Shown here piece by piece: positions 1 through 12,020 of a stretch of DNA of 64,000 nucleotides. The stretch spans positions 1,964,878 through 2,028,877 of the forward strand of contig NC_068995.1 in NCBI RefSeq assembly GCF_001194135.2. The letters are read 5' to 3'. The notes under the pieces are model-generated. The model ran no database searches and was not told the DNA's origin. It worked only from the letters and a program-made list of their open reading frames with translations. Positions within the stretch are counted from its first letter, which is position 1. Each line of letters begins with the position of its first letter. Source of the DNA: Octopus bimaculoides. Its lineage: Eukaryota. Made by a program: the position numbers and the translations under genes.

Positions 1-89
1 TGAACAAAAATAATCGGCTCAGCAAAAACAAATTTTCAAAGAGGATTTGAACTTCGCCACTTTTATTACTGTGGACGATAGCCTGTTAG

Positions 90-240
90 TATCACATGAC
101 GTAAATGACTGCAAGATAAACCGGAAGTGTTGAGAAATCGGAAGAGAATATAGAAGAAACTAAAACAAGTGTTTCGGCTCGGCAAAGAAGATGAAATTTG
201 TCATTAGAATATTCTAGTATTGAAATAAACATGGCCGTTC
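90..240. promoter_or_regulatory. Possible housekeeping-type promoter motif cluster
   Basis: TCACATGAC (92-100, E/M-box-like) overlaps ATGACGTAA (96-104, CRE-like). ACCGGAAGTG (120-129) is an ETS consensus, with a second CGGAAG at about 139. AAACATGGCCG (227-237) is YY1-like. Motif-only evidence. Confidence 0.35.
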
Positions 241-821
241 TTTATCTGCTGTTCTGATGTATCAGAAGCCATGTTCCCCCATGTGACTCGAGCTGAAGAC
301 TTTCGGTTAAGTCAAAATGTCAAATAGCCTCAATCCAAACCTACCGAGTTTTTATTTATTTTTCTTATTTTTCCGAAATCGGACTTTTTTTTACGTGTTC
401 CATTAACAGGTTATTCTTAAGTAATTCTGCGTGAATGCAAGCGTCTTTACAAAAATACAGATACACGCGCGCGCTACAGAAAAGCTCTCTAAATCTATTG
501 CTGTCTACCATATAAACATACACATTTGTGCACAAATACATACATACATTCACACATACACACCTACATACATACATAAGCTTATAACTTATAGACAGAC
601 ACATACACACATACAAGAAGAGATCTCTATAAAGCTTTAAGTCCTAGAGAATATAGGATCACACACACCCGCACACTCATAAATACATAACATGTGGGTT
701 CGATTCTTGCAGGTAGTCTTCGGCCATTTTTCAATTCGAGATATTTTTTTTACCTAATATATCACGTTTATTTATAGCTGCATCCACTTCGAGATCCGCC
801 ATTAAAATTATACATACATAC

Positions 822-906
<85 letters not shown>

Positions 907-1289
907 GAGATAGAGAGGGAGAAAAAGACAGAAAGAAAAAGAGACTCACACACATGTATCATATGTATATAGACACACACACACACACACACACACACGC
1001 ACGCGCGCGCACACACACACATACTCACATATATGTCTATATCTGTGCATATGATATTTATGAAATGTTAAAAACATTGACACACACACACTTCACATTA
1101 TATACGGAAATAATAAAAAGGCGAAAATCCATTAAGTGTTTTCGCCAAACTTCAAAGTACAAAACACACCGAATGGTTATATACAAAAGCCAGAAATCTT
1201 TCTCACGGACCTATTGTCGTCGTTATGGTCAACGTAAACACTTTAGTAACGGTTGTCGTAATAAGTTATAAAATCATGTGAATTGATAG

Positions 1290-1622
1290 TAAAATAGAAT
1301 TAAATGTCCACCAACTTTTGTATATAAATCTTATTTCTTTTGTTGACCCATTGTTATTCTGGAGTTGAGTAGCCACACAAGTAAAACGGACAAATATTAT
1401 AATTCTTGCATAATTCCTCCCTCAAAATTATATGAATGCTAAGGAATTTTTTCTTGTGTACAGTTGTCTAATTTGTTGACGCTGTAATATCAATCTTTTG
1501 CCGGTGTTTTCCCCGTTTGGCTGATATATTTTCGGCAACTTTCGCGTGTTAAAACAGCGAAAAATTATGTTAAGTTTTGAAAATAGGTCCCTCTTTGAGA
1601 TATAATTCATAACCTTTTAATA
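1290..1622 (-). mobile_element. Penelope-like element remnant, GIY-YIG endonuclease region (inverted copy)
   Basis: Frameshifted minus-strand reading YISQTGKT..KRLILQRQQIRQ resembles the PLE GIY-YIG motif YIGQT...RM..HRQQIR. Positions 1548-1622 are an inverted copy of 2042-2118. Confidence 0.6.
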
Positions 1623-2120
1623 TTCCATGGATATGTTAGTCGTTAGAAGAAGGAAATTAAAACCATAGAGGTACTTTAAACCTACAGATTCGAGACAATA
1701 TCTCCTATTTACCTGATGTCATCCTTTAACTAAAGATTATAAACGAAAGGAAATGAAGGAAGTACTTGATCGATAATGAAACTCGCAGAGAAAGGTAAAC
1801 TGACGTCCAGAAATTTCGATCGAGAAAATCAAATGAGAAAAATGAAGCGTTACGCATGTATTAATTTCTGCGAGACCAAAAGATTTTTAAAAAACGTCAA
1901 AAGAAAGATCGTCATTTTTACTAAAAGTAAATAGCAAACAGTTTTTAAAAAGACCATTTCCAGCGCAAAACTACATGCAAAAACTATGGATATAAAAAAT
2001 TAGAATATTTAAACGACCAAACTGTGAAGTATAAAGCTATTTATTAGAAGGATATGAATTTATTTCAAAGAGGGAACTATTTTCAAAACTTAGCATAATT
2101 TTTCTTTGTTTTAATATCTA
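1622..2120 (+). mobile_element. Penelope-like element remnant, RT C-terminal region
   Basis: Reads MDMLVV...YFKPTDSRQYLLFT*CHP (about 1628-1730), matching the PLE RT motif FLD.....Y.KPTD..QYL.F.S.HP. Many stops and frameshifts. Cut off by a SINE at 2131. Confidence 0.7.
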
Positions 2121-2130
2121 TAATTTAACT

Positions 2131-2462
2131 CTGGCCATGCTAGAAATCGACCCCAGGACTTAATCTTTGTTAGCTTAGTACTTATTCTGTCAGTGCCTTT
2201 TGCCGAACCGTTATGTTATGTGGGCATAAACACATCAGCATCGGTTGACAAGCGGTAGCGGTGGGACAAACACAGACAAACATACAAATATATACATATA
2301 CATATATACTATACGATGGGCTTCTTCCAGTTTCCGTCTATCAAATCCACTCACAAGGCTTTGGTTAGTCCGAGGCTGTAGTAGAAGACACTTGCCCAAG
2401 GTACCACGCAGTGGAACTGAACCCGGAACCATGTGGCTGGTAAGCAAGCTTCTTAGCACACC
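2131..2462 (-). mobile_element. SINE family A, near full length
   Basis: Reverse complement of the recurrent head (ccacatggttccgggttcagttccactgcgtggtaccttgggcaagtgtcttctact...gatttgatagacggaaactg), an internal AT/GT spacer and the 3' half. Confidence 0.85.
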
Positions 2463-2889
2463 TATATGTATGTATAAATTCCCAGTTGTTTACCTAGCCA
2501 TTCTTCCTTTCTACCTTTTCTGCTGAAATGGCGTTATACAACAGTCTGGTGCCAACGAAATCTCGTCTACCGCTATATTTTCTGCTTTTTAGCATTTAAC
2601 GTCTCTACCAGATGATTTCTCAAGACAATTTCATCAGCTTGCGATGTTTGAAGCAACACATCCACGATAAATTGGATATGCAAATAATATTCGTCACCGC
2701 TAATGCCTATGGTATATATATATATATATAAAAGTGAAACAATATTATATCACAATACAATACAGATGTTATTGTTTCACTTTTGACACGTAATAGAGAA
2801 CCAGTCTAAGAGATTGTTCCGGGCCCTCATCAGGCAAGAAGTCGAAAAATATTTTTAGCCCATGACACTCCATTGCCCTTAAGTAGTGC

Positions 2890-2970
2890 ATGTGTAAAAT
2901 TTGAATGAAATCGGTTGGGTAGTTCTCGAGATTTGGGGCTTCACACATACTGACAGACAGACAAATACAC
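2890..2970 (+). mobile_element. Possible non-autonomous Helitron-like 3' fragment
   Basis: aaaatttgaatgaaatcggttgggtagttctcgagat...gacagacagacaaa resembles the subterminal motif plus (GACA)n of invertebrate Helitron-derived repeats. Recognised from memory only. Confidence 0.3.
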
Positions 2971-2984
2971 ACACACACACATAT

Positions 2985-3244
2985 ACAGTGGCTGAGGACT
3001 CCACAGACACGCGTATCCTTAACGTAGTTCTCAGGGAGATTCAGCGTGAACACAATGTGACAAGGGTGATTTCTTTTAAATTACAGGTACAACTCATTTT
3101 TATATTATTTACCTGTCAGCAGAGTGAACTGGAGCAACGTAAAATAAAGTGTCTTGCTCAAGGACAGAACACGCCGCCGGGAATCGAACTCATGATCTTA
3201 CGATCATGAGTCGAATGCTCCTAGCCACAAAGCCACGCACCTCC
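2985..3244 (-). mobile_element. SINE family C
   Basis: tRNA-like head (gagttcgattcccggcgg) followed by gtccttgagcaagacact...gctccagttcact and a tail shared with 20085-20360 and 56490-56670. Confidence 0.85.
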
Positions 3245-3689
3245 ATTCTTTTATGAAACACATTTTAACCTCACCTTGAAAAAGCAGGAAAAGGAAAGAC
3301 CTGTGGTCACACAACACGTTTTTCTCTCATAGGTTTCTCTTTGTTTGCTTGCTTTCTTATTGAGACGCTATGAAAGCTTGCCGGACGGGCTGTACCCGTA
3401 ATACAAGCGTCCACCCTTGTCACTTCGTGTCACGCTGTTTCTGGATGAGAATTCCGATTAATAATACACGTGTCTGCAATATAGTCGTTCTCTTTCACGT
3501 TTATTTGACAGTCTCGTAGTAGATCAGGTGTTCCACTAACTGGTCACTCGTCGTCAAAGACGACCGAGATACTTTCTCTTGGCACACACGCACACTGTCA
3601 TACTTACATAGATTCATACACACATATTTGCATATATACAGATACGCATAACGATACCCATACCCATACGCACACACACACAGACATAG

Positions 3690-3833
3690 AGGCGCAGGGG
3701 TTGCCATGTAACTACTTGGTTCCGGGTTCAGTCCCAATGCGTGGTACCCTGGGCAACTATTCTCTATTATAGCCTCGAGCTGACGAAAGCCTTGTCAGTG
3801 GATTTGGTAGGCGGTAACTGAAAGAAGCCCGTC

Positions 3834-3836
<3 letters not shown>
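3690..3836 (+). mobile_element. SINE family A, 5' half followed by (AT)n
   Basis: ggcgcagggg...tccgggttcagtcccaatgcgtggtaccctgggcaac...gatttggtaggcggtaactgaaagaagcccgtcg. Confidence 0.8.
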
Positions 3837-3869
<33 letters not shown>

Positions 3870-3877
3870 ATACATAC

Positions 3878-4005
3878 AAGGGTTTAACTTTATGGCGTAT
3901 CGTCAGACCTCAAAACCTTTTGGCCTAAGACCTCTTCCATGTCTTGAAGAGGTCTTAGGCCAAGAGATTTTGGGGTCTGACGATACGCCATAAAGTTAAA
4001 CCCTT
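3878..4005. repeat. 128-nt near-perfect hairpin (60-bp arms, 8-nt loop), probable tiny MITE
   Basis: Arms 3878-3937 and 3946-4005 are reverse complements with 3 mismatches. TA lies on both flanks. Confidence 0.9.
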
Positions 4006-4095
4006 TATGGACGGGAAACACAGGGTAATAGCATAAACCTGTCTCCACCATTAACGTATATATATATATATAAAATACAAAAATGGGACAAGAAC

Positions 4096-4127
<32 letters not shown>

Positions 4128-4817
4128 NNNNNNNNNNNNNNNNNNNNNNNNNNNNNNNNNNNNNNNNNNNNNNNNNNNNNNNNNNNNNNNNNNNNNNNNN
4201 NNNNNNNNNNNNNNNNNNNNNNNNNNNNNNNNNNNNNNNNNNNNNNNNNNNNNNNNNNNNNNNNNNNNNNNNNNNNNNNNNNNNNNNNNNNNNNNNNNNN
4301 NNNNNNNNNNNNNNNNNNNNNNNNNNNNNNNNNNNNNNNNNNNNNNNNNNNNNNNNNNNNNNNNNNNNNNNNNNNNNNNNNNNNNNNNNNNNNNNNNNNN
4401 NNNNNNNNNNNNNNNNNNNNNNNNNNNNNNNNNNNNNNNNNNNNNNNNNNNNNNNNATACTTAAATCTATGTATATATCTATTTCTCTCTCTCTTTCTCT
4501 CTCTCTCTCTATCTCGCTTGCTAGTTAGCTAGCTCTCTGTGTATATTCACAGATGTATGTGTGTATTGTGTGTGTATTGCACTATTGCTACTGCGACGAC
4601 CAGGGCCACCACCACCACCACCACCACCACCGCCATCGTTGCATCCACCCGTTCGACTACTTGCCTATCTTTAAATATAACCAAGCTGTGGCTTTACTTT
4701 TTTTCTAAAGTACACATTAGTCTTTGAACAGTCTTTAGCTGTTCACATATGCACTTGGTTGCACCAAGCTGCACTTGGCACACGAGTTGCTGCTGCAGCT
4801 GCTGTTTTTAGCTTCAG

Positions 4818-4881
4818 CACCCGCCGCCTTCCGCTCCATTCCATCATCACCCGCCGCCTTCCGCTCCATTCCATCATCACC
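4818..4881. repeat. Perfect 30-bp tandem duplication
   Basis: cacccgccgccttccgctccattccatcat x2. Confidence 0.9.
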
Positions 4882-5126
4882 AGCGCCGATCGCCGCCGTT
4901 GCCACAGCTAACACACCTGCGGCAGCATCACCACCACTGATCATTACACACGTACGTACATACATACATACATACGCACACACACACATTTGGAGAGAAG
5001 AGAGAGGAAAAGAGAGACAGGTAAGATAGAAGATAAGGCTGTAGATTACCTGACGAGGTACGAGTTACGGCGAAGACGACGACAACGATGACGATAGCGG
5101 TGGTGGTAGTGATGGCAGATGGAAAG

Positions 5127-5161
<35 letters not shown>

Positions 5162-5295
5162 CAGAGAGAGCGAGAGAGACAGAGAGAGAAAAAGAGAAAG
5201 AAAGAGAAAGTGAGAGAAAGAGAAAGAGAGAGATGAGATAGGTTTCCGTCAATCACCAATCACTGACATATGAATGAGACACAATATATCCAGAG

Positions 5296-5381
<86 letters not shown>

Positions 5382-6074
5382 GGAGTCATAGACATACAGT
5401 GTCAGCTAAACACCAGACGCCCAATTGTATGACAGCACCACGCATACACATACACACACATACGCAAGCACGCACGTACGCTCACACACACATATATATA
5501 TACCCACCCATATAGTCAGACACACACATAGACAGCCAGACATACCTGTATTTGAAGGAGTTATAACGAATGTCGACTGGCTTTACCTGTTGTATAACCC
5601 AACATAATGGAGCGGCGCTAGTGGTGTGGTGGTGTGTCAGCATTGTGGTTGTATCGGCAGTAGTTGTGGTGACGGTCGTGGAGGGTGGGAAGTAGTACAA
5701 GTAACAGCAGTTGTAGTGGCAGAAGAAGTGGTGGTGATGACAGTGAGTGGTAGGTATTGGTGGTAGTTGTAGTGGCGGAAGAAATGTAGTAGTAGTAGTA
5801 TGTGTGTGTGTGTATTTATGTATGTATGTATGTGTGTGTGTGTGTGTATGTATGTATATATATATGTACATATATCGAGAGAGGAGACAGTGAAACGCGC
5901 GACAGGTAACCACAGATGGGACTCGTCCGTGGCTTCCACATTGCAGTCCAGTCTTCAGAGTGGTACGACGCGGGGGATTGACCTCGGAATAGGCTAGCGT
6001 GCGAATTACGAGAAATAATAAGATATAAAAAAAAAAAACAAGAGAAAAAACAATGACATGCAGAAAACAGGTGT

Positions 6075-6172
6075 GGTGTAAAGCATTGAATACAATGCTT
6101 TACCCGGTCCGGGAATTGACCCAACGATGTAGCGATCGTGAGTGCAACTCATTAAGCACTTGGCCACGCGCA
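6075..6172 (-). mobile_element. SINE family C-like 5' head fragment
   Basis: Reverse complement gcgcgtggccaagtgcttaatgagttgcactcacgatcg...gggtcaattcccggaccgg. Confidence 0.6.
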
Positions 6173-6904
6173 TTCACACACACACACACGTACATATATA
6201 GCTGAAGTTAACACAGAACTTTTGAATTTGAAGAATATTCAGCATCTTTGGCAGTCACAGCAGATCTCGGGGATCTTGTTCGTCTCGCTCCTATATATAA
6301 TATATCGTGTTTTTAACACACGTCCATGAAGAGGTTTTTTTTTTCAGTCAAAATCTACCGCATCATACCTTTCAGTAGTAGATATATGTTAAGTATGATA
6401 CGCAGAAAGCTATTTTATTTTAATGCTGTTTCAATTGCGGACGCCGAGTTTTATTCAGCGTGGCCGCTTTACGCAACATCAGTGAATGTATTATTCACTC
6501 TTTCCTATATGTTAACGGGGACATGTTTCGTAGCGATTATACGTTATTAATAATGCTCAAGGAAGTCGACACATGTCTGATGTTCTCGTGGCCCACTGTT
6601 GGCATGATTTTCGCCTCGCTCCGTTGTTTATTGTTTGTAACAGAAGATGTCTATGAAAAAATTTTCTTTTTTCCCAGGCAAAGACCACAGCATATACATT
6701 GATGCACTGTCAGCCATTCTGATTTAATACTGTTACAATTGGGTGTACCGAGAATTAACTGGTTGTTTATAAACGTCTTCATTTAAAAACAGACATAGAG
6801 TCTGTTAACATAGCAACTTGAGTGACATATTAAGAAAACTTACAATGTTATATCAATACTAAAAATAGACAAGCATTAACATCAAATTGCATTATTAAAT
6901 AAAC

Positions 6905-7158
6905 GGAAGGCGACGAGCTAGCAAAATCATTAGTACCCCGTGTTGTGTTCTTGAGCAAAACACTTCATTTCACGTTACCACAGTCCACTCAGATGTAAAT
7001 GGGTCACCCTACGACAAACTATCCTTCCGATCAGGGGTAGGAATGTTGGTCTGCTCGCCTAGCCAACCGGGTGGCATTAATCGAACGATAAAACAATGCA
7101 AAGCGCATTGTGACCAGCGTTGTATAACAACAGCTAATAATCTGGTCGATCACGTGGT
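6905..7158 (+). mobile_element. SINE with family-B-like start, family-C-like core and a different tail
   Basis: ggcgacgagctagca... then gtgttcttgagcaaaacacttcatttcacgttaccacagtccactcag, then a distinct tail. Confidence 0.55.
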
Positions 7159-7419
7159 ATGTAGATGCATACGTAAATTTTTTTCAAGGTGAGCAATGAG
7201 GTTACTAAAAGTTTGCTCAGAGGAACACGTCGAGGAAGGAACCACGGCTAAAATTTCAACTAAAATATTAACGAAATATCGCATGTCAGAAATAAGACCG
7301 ATTCTGTCCTAAAAATTGACTACAGTAACCTTGTAGCAAGGTTTTCCATCGCCTTGTAAGCCTATGGTGGTACTTTAAAGTAAGACGGTAGAAAAAGAAG
7401 GAATACAGAAAACATATTT

Positions 7420-7660
7420 GTTTATAACTAATGAAGGCAGAAGTGAGGAAACAAGACAAGTAGGGGACACTAAAGATGGCTTCACTGCTGGGTTTTACGA
7501 TAAAATGAGAAGCGAACACACTGGGCAGTAAAATATGTGATCGCAAATAATAGTGACAGTGAATAAATGACACCAGAATGAGTTAGAGAAGACTAGAACA
7601 GTAACTTGGCAAAGATGGCAGCAGGAAGAGAGGTGTTAGCGATGGTGTTGGAGTTAAACG
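7420..7660 (+). mobile_element. Highly decayed LINE 3' end (RTE/L2-like)
   Basis: Fragments RWLHCWVLR and MAAGREVL resemble the RW.GHVLR and MA.DR..WR motifs. Confidence 0.3.
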
Positions 7661-7803
7661 ACGTATTTTACTGAAGTGTTTTGTACTGGTTGGACAATTG
7701 GAAAATAAAAGGAAAGACTGGTTTTATTGTAGTTGGTCTATATGAGAAACGATGGAACTTAGAAAGACGGAAGGGAAACATATCTATATATGGTACCAAG
7801 CAT

Positions 7804-7961
7804 TGGCGTATTCTCAAGAAATTCGCTTTGCAACGATAAGGTGACACCTTGCGTTGTACCTTGGGCAAGTGTCTCCTATTACAACTCACAGCCGACCAAT
7901 GCCATGAATAAATCTCTGAGACTGAAACTACGTGGAAGCCCACTGTATATGTATGAATGTA

Positions 7962-8031
<70 letters not shown>

Positions 8032-8038
8032 GATACAC

Positions 8039-8075
<37 letters not shown>

Positions 8076-8265
8076 GTATTTATATTTATGTATGTGTGTG
8101 CGCGCGCGTTTGTTTCTATAGTGCTTGACAACCGGTGTTGGCTTGTTTACGTCCTCATAATATGAGCGGTTCGGCAGAAGAAGTCCGATAGACTTACAAT
8201 AAATGCTACGTGACGGGTTGATTTCTTCGACTAACCCTACAACGTTTTCATCCAGCATGGCCGCG
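7804..8265 (+). mobile_element. SINE family A with expanded internal (GT)n/(AT)n
   Basis: ccttgggcaagtgtctcctatt head, about 170 bp of microsatellite, then gcttgacaaccggtgttggcttgtttacgtc...tccagcatggccgc. Confidence 0.75.
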
Positions 8266-8279
8266 ATCCATTGATTGAA

Positions 8280-8570
8280 ACGAACAAGAGAGTTGCCAAG
8301 AGAAGAAACAACTCTTTTAGGCCAAAGAAATCTACCATGCACGGTTCTTATCAGCCGATTTCTGGTTAACCAGACTAATAGAGAACCCTCGAGCGACAAA
8401 TTAGTGAGGAACGCCACGGAAGGAAATTCATCGAGGGAAACCAAAAAAAGCGTGATTTCTGCTAAAGTAAAAAACCACGAATACATACCACGAGGTGTCC
8501 AGTACTTAAGAGAGGCAGAAATAGCCCGAAACCAGGCTGGTCTGCTGGTCGCTAGAAGGTGGTAGGGGTT
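8280..8570 (+). mobile_element. Decayed LINE ORF2 C-terminus (RTE-like)
   Basis: ORF 8275-8565 (KLVRNATEGNSSRETKK...LREAEIARNQ) loosely resembles the RTE C-terminal K.IL.G..EG.R.RG..KK...L.EA...A.DR. Confidence 0.3.
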
Positions 8571-8903
8571 CACTCCCCTGCTCGCAATATCTTGGATGCA
8601 GCCGTGCATCGTTAACCAGCTAGAGGAGATGTCCTCTTGGGGTTAAAAAATCGCAGTACAGTCCGTTCGGACGGACAAACATGTTGAAGTGGCTACGAAC
8701 ATTACTTGCTAATACAACTACTGCGTTGATCTCTTAGAGACATTTTAGCACTAGTATTTTGCTTGTTGCATACATACATACATACGTACACACACACATA
8801 TACATAGATAAAGAGACAGACAGACAGAGAAAGAAAAAGAGAGATAGATTGATATGTAAGAGTGTTTGTGTGGGTGGGTGGTTGTACAAACACACACACA
8901 AAC

Positions 8904-9050
8904 CTATCCCTAGCTCCAAGTATTTCTGTTGCTCCTTGTCGGAGTAATAATGTGATTGATGATGTAGAAAAATGGCGACTGTTTTCACAAAGCTGTTCCA
9001 ATGTTTTCATGTTTGATCCACCAATCCCGGCTAGATCCGGGTTGACGAAT
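8904..9050 (-). CDS. Candidate internal exon of an unidentified host gene (147 nt, phase 2-2)
   Basis: Strong acceptor ttttcttcttcctgtttctcag|ATTC and donor ATAG|gtttgt. Length is divisible by 3 and only one frame is open (FVNPDLAGIGGSNMKTLEQLCENSRHFSTSSITLLLRQGATEILGARD). No recognised homology. Confidence 0.3.
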
Positions 9051-9269
9051 CTGAGAAACAGGAAGAAGAAAACAATGAAAATTCGTTTGGTTTTAAATAT
9101 TTGACACACCATCTTCTGGTTTTTAGTTTTACAAACAATGACACAGCAAGGGAGATGGTTGCGTGTGTGCGGGGGTGGGTGACATTTCGTGTATATGTAT
9201 TGAGAGAGATAATGACAGACAAAGACTGTATGCGTGAGGGACAATAAAGAAGGGACGCATTAAAAAAGA

Positions 9270-9282
9270 ATGAGATGGAGAA

Positions 9283-9316
<34 letters not shown>

Positions 9317-9662
9317 GAAAAAGAAGAAAGTGAAAAAGAAAGAATAAATGAAAGATTGTATGGAGAAACAGAGACAATGAAAAGGAGAGGGAAAGATAGT
9401 AAGAGAAAGAGAGAGACAGAGAGAGAGACAGAGAGAGACAGAGAGAGACCGAGAGAGAGAGAGACAGAGAGAGAGAGACAGAGAGAGAGAGACAGAGAGA
9501 GAGAGAGACAGAGAGAGAGAGACAGAGAGAGAGAGACAGAGAGACCGAGAAGTAAGAAACGCGTGTAGGTTGTATGAGAGAGAGAAAGAGAAGGAGAGAG
9601 ATAATGAGAAAGATAGAAAGGCAGAGAGTCTAAAAGCGAGGAGAGAGAAAGAGAGAGAAAGA

Positions 9663-9703
<41 letters not shown>

Positions 9704-9870
9704 AATAAAGAAAGAAAGACAGAATGAATGAATGAGAGAGAGAGAAAAAGAGAGAGAATGAGAAAGATGCACAATCAGAGAGAGAGAAAGAAAAAAGTGA
9801 AAGAAGCAGAGACAGGCAGAGATTGTATAAGAGAGACCATCACATAGAGACAGTATGAGAAAGAGAGAGA

Positions 9871-9930
<60 letters not shown>

Positions 9931-9960
9931 GCGACAGACAGACAGAAAGAGAGAGAAAGA
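9270..9960. repeat. Compound (GA)n/(GAAA)n/(GACA)n microsatellite block
   Basis: Direct inspection. It generates the SL- and ER-repeat ORFs. Confidence 0.95.
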
Positions 9961-10689
9961 GAGCTCGTTGTGCATTGGTAGTAATCTTAATGTATCAGTG
10001 CAATTTCCACACGAGTTTTCCAGTAAGGATTGTTTCAACTTCTTTTATTTTTTGAGAAAAAATGCCAATGATCAAAGTGAAGGCCTCCAGTGAATAAAAA
10101 ACCTGAAATATCAAACAGCAGAAGACATTGCAAACAAAATGACTGAAGCAGAAGACACATACACACATGCACGCACACACGCACGCACGTACACACATAC
10201 ACCCACACCTAAAGAGGCGAGTTCACATTTACGCATACATACACGCACGTACATACACAGAAGCCTGTTTACATACACACGTACACACATACAGCTTCGT
10301 TCACATACTCTTACACATACATACGTACACACACGTATAAACATAGAGGCACGTTCACATATGTACGCACGTACTCATACTCATATCCACACAGACACAC
10401 GTACACACAATGACGCATACACAATACATATGCCTACGCACACACACACACACACCAGCATATTTACACGTACAAGATAAAAAGAGAGAGTGAGAGAGTC
10501 GTACAAATACACACGTATACACAAACACTTATAGCCACGCGCACAAACACACTAGCACACATATTCACTCACTCACTTGTACACATATACACATATTTTG
10601 AAACACATAATCTTGTGAATATCATCGGCTGTAAAATGGCGGAGCAATGCAAGCGAACGCCATTAAGGAATAGTTAAAAAATACTTGAC

Positions 10690-10850
10690 AGCATTACAAT
10701 TTTCATTTGTTTAAGAGAGGGAAATGGAGAAGAGTTCACGCATGGATGTGTATATGATGTTTTGGAACAGGCAAAAGGCATGCTCGAAGAGGTTTCGCTA
10801 ACTCCAGGATATTTCATATCACGTTTTGATGATAGCTGTTCCAGTTTGAA
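10690..10850 (+). mobile_element. Very old mariner transposase N-terminal remnant
   Basis: HLFKRG... and ARRGFANSR resemble the mariner HTH segments YEF.RG and ARRWFAKFR. Confidence 0.3.
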
Positions 10851-11700
10851 AGATCGTTAATAGAACAATCTTTTTTCTTAATTTCTTTATTTAAAGTATA
10901 AAAATATACTGAGAGATATTTTAATAAGCTGTGAACAGAGGAAATATAAATGTAACAGTGAAAAGATCAGTGGTTGCCTATCTTTATTTTCCTCGATGTC
11001 TCTTTTTACTGTTTTCTCCCCTGACACACATACATAGAATATACAATACCAATCCGAATAAAGACTATCCTGGGATAAGTATAGAGACCAAATCCCTGTT
11101 ATTGAATACAAACACAAACATCAACGTAAGGTATATTAAAACTTCTACCAAGTGCAAATATAAAAGACCGAATACTGTTTGGAACAGACACGAAAAAGTA
11201 TGGTATGTGCCGTCATAGAAATCAGCTGCTCTATTGATGTAAATACCTCTTCAAAAATCAAAGAGAGAGAGAGGGGGGGGTAATTATGAGCAACGTCAAA
11301 GCCTCCATCTTCTATACCCAGATTATAAAATCACATTTATACGAATAATAATTGGTACACTTGGTTTTGTTAGTAAATGTCAAAGGATAATCTGGATGAG
11401 CCAGCATTTTCAGAAAAGGAAGTAAACTTACTAACACGCATATTACAAAATGTCTGTAAGTGGAACAGTAAAAATATGCAAGACTTTTCTCAGGTTCAAA
11501 TTGTGGCATTGTTGTTCGTTATCTACATTCCAATGATGGAACTTTGTATCTTTGTTAGAAAGTAGCTCCTTCCTTGGAGGAAGAATTCAAATAATTAAAA
11601 TCAAAAGAGGGCATGCATGCATACATACATACATCGCCCCATTTCCGCTATATATATATATATATATATATATTCCTATCTCTCTCTCTATATATATGGT

Positions 11701-12020
11701 GTATTTCGCAGTATCAACCAACCCATCAGATGCCATGGTACACCCCTGATCACAATGCGCTTCCAATTCTGTCTTGACTGTGCCATTCTTTAGTATTTTG
11801 TTCCAAATTACTTAACTAAATCGTCTTCCCATCATTGTTGAGGCCTTCCAAATGGCCTTCTCCGATGTCTTGGATGCCACTCAGCAACTCCATGGCTCCA
11901 CCTGTTCTCTGTGAGCATTCTGTTATGTCCAACACAGTGGAACCTGTGCTTCCGCTACTTTGTGATCACATCGTTCGCTCCACTCCGTCCTCAAATGATC
12001 TCGTTTCGAATATGACCTCG
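11701..12020 (-). mobile_element. RTE-clade LINE 3' fragment
   Basis: Minus strand reads RGHIRNEII*GRSGANDVITK*RKHRFHCVGH..MLTENRWSHGVAEWHPRHRRRPFGRPQQ*WEDDLVK*FG...RMAQSRQNWK, a classic RTE C-terminus with stop codons. Confidence 0.85.

Noticed and set aside
5546-5587. Two consensus minus-strand donor motifs 41 nt apart (possible micro-exon VKPVDIRYNSFKY)
   Set aside because: Weak acceptor context, phase incompatible with the 8904-9050 candidate, and no recognised homology.
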